A stretch of 64,000 nt of DNA from Bacilli bacterium (GTDB taxonomy: Bacteria > Bacillota_I > Bacilli_A > RFN20 > CAG-826): the NCBI GenBank assembly GCA_041669265.1, contig JBAYBM010000005.1, positions 1,444-65,443 of the forward strand, in the 5' to 3' direction. The notes under the pieces were generated by a model. That model saw nothing but the letters and a program-made list of their open reading frames with translations, did not search any database and had not been told where the DNA came from. The position numbers were made by a program, and so were the translations under genes. Below are positions 58,051 through 64,000 of this stretch, one piece after another. Each line of letters opens with the position of its first letter. The first letter of the stretch is position 1.

Positions 58051-58791
58051 ATGGAAAAAGAAGAAACAAAATCAAAGAATCTTGATAAGAATATTTTAAT
58101 TAAAATTACTGGCGCTACTAAAACTTATGGTAAAGGTGAAGGCCAAGTTTATGCTTTAAAAGGCGTAGATTTAGAAGTTAAAAAAGGTGAATTACTAGTT
58201 ATTCTAGGAAATAGCGGAAGCGGCAAGTCAACTTTATTAAATTTAATAGGTGGTATGGAAAGACCAACTTCAGGAACAATTTTAGTAAATGGGATTGATG
58301 TAGCTAAATTAAATGATAAAGATTTAACTTTATATAGAAGAAATAATGTTGGCTATATTTTTCAATCTTTTAATTTATTAACTGATTTAACAGCTGGGGA
58401 AAATGTCTTACTTTCAGCTGCCCTTTCACACAATACAAAAGATGTTAATAAAGCCCTAGAAATGGTTGGTTTAGGAAAGAAATATAAAAAATATCCTTCT
58501 CAAATGTCTGGAGGAGAACAACAAAGAGTTTCTATAGCAAGAGCTTTAGTAAAAGATTCGGATTTTTTACTTTGTGATGAACCTACTGGATCACTAGATT
58601 ATCAAACAGGAAAACAAATTGTATCTATCTTAGAAAAATTATCTAAAGAAGATGGGAAAACAATTATATTTGTTACTCATACTCAAGCAATTGGAGCAAT
58701 TGCTAATAGAGTTATTAGAGTAAAGAATGGTCAAATTGTAGAGGAAACAATTAATAAAAACCCTACTAGCGTGGAGAATATTGAATGGTAA
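58051..58791 (+). CDS. ABC exporter ATP-binding protein (MacB/LolD class)
   Basis: GNSGSGKST, MSGGEQQRVSIARAL and LLCDEPT. The ATG at 58051 is preferred; the track start at 58027 is a TTG. Confidence 0.9.
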   Translation: MEKEETKSKNLDKNILIKITGATKTYGKGEGQVYALKGVDLEVKKGELLVILGNSGSGKSTLLNLIGGMERPTSGTILVNGIDVAKLNDKDLTLYRRNNVGYIFQSFNLLTDLTAGENVLLSAALSHNTKDVNKALEMVGLGKKYKKYPSQMSGGEQQRVSIARALVKDSDFLLCDEPTGSLDYQTGKQIVSILEKLSKEDGKTIIFVTHTQAIGAIANRVIRVKNGQIVEETINKNPTSVENIEW

Positions 58792-61095
58792 AAGCTTTAT
58801 ATAAAGTTATTATTTCAATGATACGCCATTTCAAATGGCTAATTATTGCAATGATTATAACTTCTGCATTAGGTACCTCAATGATGATTGGATTAACTTC
58901 TAGTTATGATTCTTTTAAAACTTCTAGTTATGAATATTTAGATAGTTATGGTTATCCTGATGTAACTATAAATACAGAGTTTTTAACTCCACTAGATTTT
59001 GATAAATTAAGAGCTATAGATGGAGTAGAAAAGATATGTGGAAGAACAACATTTCAAGGTGGGCTAAAAACTCAAGATGAAGATTCTTTATCCGCTAAAT
59101 ATTATTGTTTTGGTACAGATGAAATAGAATCATTTTATTTTTATGAAAAAGATGAATCAATTGATGGAGTATATTTAGAAAAACAATTTGCTAATAAAAA
59201 TAATATTAATGTAGGAGATACAATATCCGTTAAATTTGAATTATTTGGAAGTTTAGATATAAAAGTTTCTTCTATAGTTACTTCTCCAGAATGTTTAAAC
59301 AATAAGCAAACTTCTGGTTCTTGGGGTGATAATTATAGATTTGGTACGGTATTTGTTCCCTATTCTATAATTGGAGCAGATCTTATACCTGCTGATATTC
59401 AAATCTATAATCAAGTGCTTTTTAAAATCTACTAGTGAAGATAAAGATGAATCTATTTTAAAAGCAGCTACAGAAATAATTGGAGCAAACTATATAACAA
59501 GTTCTTACACATTTGCTACATCAAATGCTAAAAATACTATTGATGTTAATTTAGGTCCTTTAAAAGCATTATCCTTATTTTTACCATTATGTTTTTATGC
59601 AGGAGCCTTACTTGTTTCTTGTGTTTTTCTTTTACAAATAGCACGTCAATATAGAAAACAATTTGGAATATTAACTGCTATTGGTTATACAAAAGGACAA
59701 CTTATATTAATAATGAGTTTATTAAGTCTTTCTATTACTATAATTTCTTCTATATTAGCAATAATAATTGGAGTTCTTTTAGCAAATTTATCTTTCTCAT
59801 TATTCATGAATTCCATACATATCCCAATCGGAATCTCTAAATTAACTGCTTCCTCAACAGTTTTAGCTTGTTTAATTTCTATACTAATTAGTCAAGGGGC
59901 TGCACTACTTTCTACAATTGTTTTGTTTAAAATCTCTCCTTCTCAAATTATCAATCAAGCCCCAGATCCAGCTCAAACAAAACAGAATCATTTATTAAGT
60001 AAGATTGTAAGCAAAGCATCTGCTTATACTAAAATTAATATTTTAACAATATTTAGATCAAAACGAAGGCTATTAATATCTTCATTATGTTTAATTGCTT
60101 CAATATTTTTAATCACTTCTTCTTGTTCATTTCATTATTCAAAAGAAGCTATAATAGAACAATTATTTGATGTTAGATTTGATAATGATTGTCAAATTGT
60201 ATATTCTACCTATCCTGATAAAGATGTTATAGAACAAGTAAAAAGTATTGAAGGAGTAGAAGAAGTAGAAACTTATTCTTACTATAATGTTGATATTACG
60301 TTTAACGACAAAACAGAAAACATAAATATGAATGGATTACCATCTAATCCTACATTATTAAAAATTCCAGATGAATCAAATGGTATCATAACTGATTTTA
60401 ATGGCTTTATCTTAGAGAAACATATTGCTAATAATTTAGGAGTTAAAGTGGGTGATTATGTTCTTTTAGATGGAGTTAAAACGCTTGTTACTGCACTCTC
60501 TAATCAATATGTATATAGAGTCTCTTATATTCCTATAACTGATGAATCATTAGAAAGTAAACACAATGGAATCCTTTTATGTAATTTATCTAATAAAGAA
60601 GCAATAGAAAAGAATATTTATAATACTAATTATTTCTATGGTATAACATTTACCGATGAATTATATGAATCTTCAAAAGATAATTTTGCTTTATACGATA
60701 TAGGCGTATTTATATGTATATTGTTTGCTATAGTAATGGGTTTAATTATTATATTTAATACTGAACAAACTAATTTATTAGAAGAACAAAGAAGATTATC
60801 TATATTAAGAGTTTTAGGTGTAAAAATATCACAAATATCCATGTGGTGGTTAATTAATTTATTAATCCAGCTTATAATTGCACTACTTATTGGCTTACCA
60901 CTTGGAACAATAGTAGCAAAAGTTATACTATCTGGAATGAATACAGTTTCTAGAGAATATCCGTTTATTAATGATCCAAGATTATATTTATTTACTATTG
61001 CGATAATTTTATTATTCTCAATTATTAGTCATTTTATATGTATGCTCTTTATTAAAAAATGGAATTTGGCTGAGAACACAAAGAGTAAAACTTAA
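58785..61095 (+). pseudogene. FtsX/MacB-type ABC permease (two FtsX repeats) interrupted by a frameshift
   Basis: ORFs 58785-59435 and 59371-61095 are consecutive parts of one permease in frames offset by +1. The switch maps to the T5A4 tract at 59419-59427. Removing one base there gives the continuous reading ..YNQVLFKSTSEDKDE.. Confidence 0.7.
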
Positions 61096-61115
61096 ATTTT
61101 AAAAAGGAGAAAAAC

Positions 61116-61931
61116 ATGGAACCAACATTACAAAACGACTTTTTTAGTGAAGGATTTTTTGGGTATGGTGAAGTTGGTAATTTTAAACCATGGAGTTTAG
61201 CCCACTTTATTCCTTTAATATTATTATGTTTAGGAATTTTCTTTCTTTACTTCTTTAGAAATAAAATAAAAAATAATAAACATGAAGAAACCATTCGTTA
61301 CGTTATTGCTGTAACTATGCTTTTATTTGAAATGTCATACTTTTGGCGCTTACTTTATGTTGGAAGTGGCGATTCTTCAAAAACAAATTTACTTACTAAA
61401 TTACCACTTCAAGTATGTGAATGGACATGTATTATTGGTTCAATTATGTTAATGAAAAAAAGTAATAAACTTTGTGATATTTGTTTCTATACATGTTTAA
61501 CAGCTGGGTTATTACCTTTATTATTTCCTGCAGTTATCTCTACTACAGGACCAATGTATTTTAGATATTATCAATATTGGGCTGAACATATAATTCCAAT
61601 ATGGGCGGTATTTTATATGGTTTTTGTTATTGGATATAGGCCTAAATTAATAAATATTTATAAACCATGTATATTTTTATTTATCCTTGCAGTTTTAGCT
61701 TCCATTGCAAATTATTATATTCCTGAAGCTGATTATTTATATTTAGCAAATAATACAAGTGGATTAACTATAACTAGTTGGTTACCTGAAAAAATTTTCT
61801 TAAAATTCTTAGTATTAATTGTTTTATTTTTAAGTGCTTTTACATTAATCTATTTTATTTATAGATTAATTATATTTTTATTTAATAAATATAATAAAAA
61901 TAAAATGACCCCATTAGCGAACAAAGAATAA
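61116..61931 (+). CDS. TIGR02206/YwaF-like integral membrane protein
   Basis: 271 aa, about 7 TM, with the LPLQVCEW motif (compare the family's PLHLC). Confidence 0.5.
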   Translation: MEPTLQNDFFSEGFFGYGEVGNFKPWSLAHFIPLILLCLGIFFLYFFRNKIKNNKHEETIRYVIAVTMLLFEMSYFWRLLYVGSGDSSKTNLLTKLPLQVCEWTCIIGSIMLMKKSNKLCDICFYTCLTAGLLPLLFPAVISTTGPMYFRYYQYWAEHIIPIWAVFYMVFVIGYRPKLINIYKPCIFLFILAVLASIANYYIPEADYLYLANNTSGLTITSWLPEKIFLKFLVLIVLFLSAFTLIYFIYRLIIFLFNKYNKNKMTPLANKE

Positions 61932-61937
61932 TACTAA

Positions 61938-63386
61938 TTAAGAATGCATTCTTAATCTAGCTAAATATACTTCTCCCCAATGTTGCTCTAATAAAGGTGA
62001 AGTTACTCCTAAAGTTCCTATTTCTTTTAAAGTATCAAAAGCTAATTGTTCTTCATCAGTTCCTGCTCCCATATAAAGAGTAATTGCAAAACTTATAATC
62101 TCACTAATCTTTTCTAATAATTCATCATTATAAGAATCTTTATTTCCCCAATATTCTTCTCCGGCATTTAAAGTATTACCAATTTTTGTAACTAATCCTA
62201 TAATTGCTGTTATATCAGAAAAATCAATACCTTTTACCGATTCAATAAGACTTTCTATACTAATAGCATCTTCGTTTGTTCCTTCACAAGAAAGAATATT
62301 ATCGATATATGAATAATCAATACTTCCATCATCTTTTCTATTAAAAATGCTCTTAACAGCATCCTCTAAAACAAGAGCATATTCCTCTCGACTTGGAGCG
62401 TATTTTAAAAGCATATTAATCATACTTTTTGAAATGCTTTCATAGTCATTTAATCCAGTATAAGTAATACCACAAAGATTATATAATTCAGTTTCAAAAG
62501 ATGAACGTGTATCTTCAGTTATTAAAGGTAATTCAACTTTTGTTCCTTCAATACCAAAATCCCATTCAATAGGTGGAATCATTGGAACAATATCTCCACT
62601 ATTAATTATGTTAAATATATTCTTAAGTAATTCATCATTAGTTACATTAACTTTGTAAGCAGGAGTTGCAAAAGCATAAGTATAAATGTTCTTTCTATCC
62701 ATAATATCACCTAAAAATATAGAAGCAATATTTGCTGCTGCAGCTGATCTACTAAAACCTGTTAGCCATACTTTTGTATTATCTAAATCAATATTTTTAT
62801 CAGTAACATATGTTTTAATTTCATTAAAAGCAAATAAACCAGCAGTATAAAAACCTAAATGATATTGTTTGTTATCAGTATTATCAATATCTTCTTTACC
62901 TTCTCCAATATTAAAATTACTTATCCAACCACCACTTCCATATCCAATTCCACGAAGATTAATTGATAATATAGTGGATTCTTTTCCACTATTTGTAACA
63001 TTCTTTGAAGCAATTGATAAAGCAACTTTATCAGTATCTTCTTCATTAAAACCAACTGAATAATATGATTCACTAGAAAATCCTAGATCTTCATATAATT
63101 GTTTTATATTTTTATCACCAGTTTTATTATCTACATCATATTCTTCATTATCTGCAGAAGATAAAGTTAAACCTAAACTCATTTCAGCCAAATCTTCGTT
63201 ATATGTATAAGAATCTTTAAAAAACCAATTTTCATCATATGTCAAATTAGAAATAGCACTATCTTTATTTTCAGCAGTAGTTCTAAAAGTAACACTTACA
63301 TTATTATTTGTAGTAAGTCCTTTCCCACCACAAGAAGTAAGAAGTGTAATAGTTAATAAACTTGTAATAATAAGATTTTTTTTCAT
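61938..63386 (-). CDS. lipoprotein with class-3-lipase-like alpha/beta-hydrolase core
   Basis: Lipobox LTSC. The motif order matches lipase_3: ..INLRG.., YHLGF, nucleophile elbow WLTGFSRSAAAAN, YTYAFATP, SGDIVPMIPP. Confidence 0.5.
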   Translation of the reverse strand: MKKNLIITSLLTITLLTSCGGKGLTTNNNVSVTFRTTAENKDSAISNLTYDENWFFKDSYTYNEDLAEMSLGLTLSSADNEEYDVDNKTGDKNIKQLYEDLGFSSESYYSVGFNEEDTDKVALSIASKNVTNSGKESTILSINLRGIGYGSGGWISNFNIGEGKEDIDNTDNKQYHLGFYTAGLFAFNEIKTYVTDKNIDLDNTKVWLTGFSRSAAAANIASIFLGDIMDRKNIYTYAFATPAYKVNVTNDELLKNIFNIINSGDIVPMIPPIEWDFGIEGTKVELPLITEDTRSSFETELYNLCGITYTGLNDYESISKSMINMLLKYAPSREEYALVLEDAVKSIFNRKDDGSIDYSYIDNILSCEGTNEDAISIESLIESVKGIDFSDITAIIGLVTKIGNTLNAGEEYWGNKDSYNDELLEKISEIISFAITLYMGAGTDEEQLAFDTLKEIGTLGVTSPLLEQHWGEVYLARLRMHS

Positions 63387-63783
63387 AATAACACCACTTT
63401 ACAATAAAATAATGTATACTTCCTTTCTTATTAAATAATATTACAATACTTTTAATTATTTAAAAATATTTATATTTATTATAAAAAAGAAATTTATTAT
63501 TAATTTATATAAACTATAAATACTTATTTAGACTAAACTTTAAAGAAAAGGTTCCATTTATTACGCTAATCAAACAAAAATGAATAATTTTGCCATTTGG
63601 TGGAGCAAGGCAGGTTCGGAATGGTGCATAACTATTCGCTTCAGTTCGCACTCATAGTTACTATGATTTCAAATTATGGAAAGTTATAAAAAAGAGAAAA
63701 AGTTATAAAGAGTTATAAAAATTAATGTCTAGGAAAGCTTAGTAAAAGTCTTTACTCTATCTGCGACTATTTCTCCCTTCTGT

Positions 63784-63999
63784 TATTTAGATTTGTCAGT
63801 AACTTCCCAATAGCCATTCTTATTAGAGCCAACTCTTTTAATAATCTGGCGTTTTCTTAATGAAGATACATTATTTTGAATAGATGTTCTTCCTAATGAA
63901 AGTATGCTTTGTAATTCCAGAAGAGTGATATTGGGGTTATCTCTCATCTCTTTGATAATCAAAGTTTGTGTTTTATTTGTCTGAGTTGCTGTTTTATCC
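63784..63999 (-). CDS. C-terminal winged-helix DNA-binding domain of a larger protein (5' end outside the window)
   Basis: Open frame to the window edge: ..TQTLIIKEMRDNPNITLLELQSILSLGRTSIQNNVSSLRKRQIIKRVGSNKNGYWEVTDKSK, with TAA at 63786-63784. The ..R.GS.K.GYWEV ending is typical of wHTH tails on COG2865/AlbA_2-type or Fic-type proteins. Confidence 0.5.
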
Positions 64000-64000
64000 C

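Noticed and set aside
59371-59420. Independent start for the second FtsX ORF at the ATG at 59371 (MEQILYLLIFKS..).
   Set aside because: It has no SD. The first ~16 codons overlap the upstream ORF and look like out-of-frame sequence. A single-base correction at the T5A4 tract joins both parts seamlessly, so a frameshift is the simpler explanation.
63598-63670. TGGTGGAGCAAGGCAGGTTCGGAATGGTGC looks like the reverse complement of a tRNA/tmRNA 3' end (..CTCCACCA) with a GGTTCG T-loop-like string. That raised the possibility of a tRNA fragment or att site.
   Set aside because: No T-stem pairing is possible (GCAGG vs TGGTG). The orientations of the CCA-like end and the T-loop-like string are mutually inconsistent. 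No integrase or direct repeat partner is in the window.
1-64000. Considered genetic code 4 (UGA = Trp), given the Mollicutes-like gene features.
   Set aside because: Long uninterrupted ORFs are obtained with the standard code. TGA is used as a genuine stop (the GNAT gene, 140-142), and Trp positions in conserved motifs are TGG.
1-64000. Looked for CRISPR arrays, rRNA operons, IS elements, integrases and prophage modules.
   Set aside because: None was seen. There are no regularly spaced repeats and no transposase or recombinase-like ORFs. Only one tRNA was found, and it has no adjacent integrase.

Overview
This is a 64-kb chromosomal window from a very AT-rich, low-GC Firmicutes/Mollicutes-related bacterium. 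It uses the standard genetic code: TGA serves as a stop at 140-142 and Trp is TGG. By inference only, the lineage is Erysipelotrichales/Acholeplasmatales-like. The grounds are many Cys-lipobox lipoproteins, ABC components with Mollicutes-style insertions, a compact layout and SD-type RBSs. Coding density is high and there are no rRNA genes, CRISPR arrays, transposases, integrases or phage genes.

Content:
- Housekeeping and metabolism: glnA, an M24 aminopeptidase, galE, hpt, an NfnAB-like GltD/PyrK pair, two Fe-alcohol dehydrogenases, an aldo-keto reductase, a GH3 beta-glucosidase, corA, a Na+/H+ antiporter and one tRNA-Gln(CUG).
- Two ABC importer loci. Each is coupled to a two-component system plus an extra orphan binding lipoprotein, and each has a cre box inside its promoter.
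- A third OmpR-type two-component system next to a beta-helix lipoprotein.
- A GGDEF cyclase and a MacB/FtsX exporter whose permease is frameshifted.

The most unusual items:
1. A sigma-factor-less partner-switching-like operon at 44.1-47.4 kb. It encodes a STAS protein, then a 5TM-receptor/PP2C/GHKL-kinase fusion, then a STAS domain fused to an APH-type kinase domain.
2. Divergently next to it, a stand-alone PD-(D/E)xK nuclease + DUF2075/Schlafen-type P-loop helicase gene, which is a candidate single-gene defence.
3. An unannotated, well-signalled 44-codon gene.

All family assignments come from motif recognition by eye. No searches or computations were run, and stem-loop coordinates were read manually.
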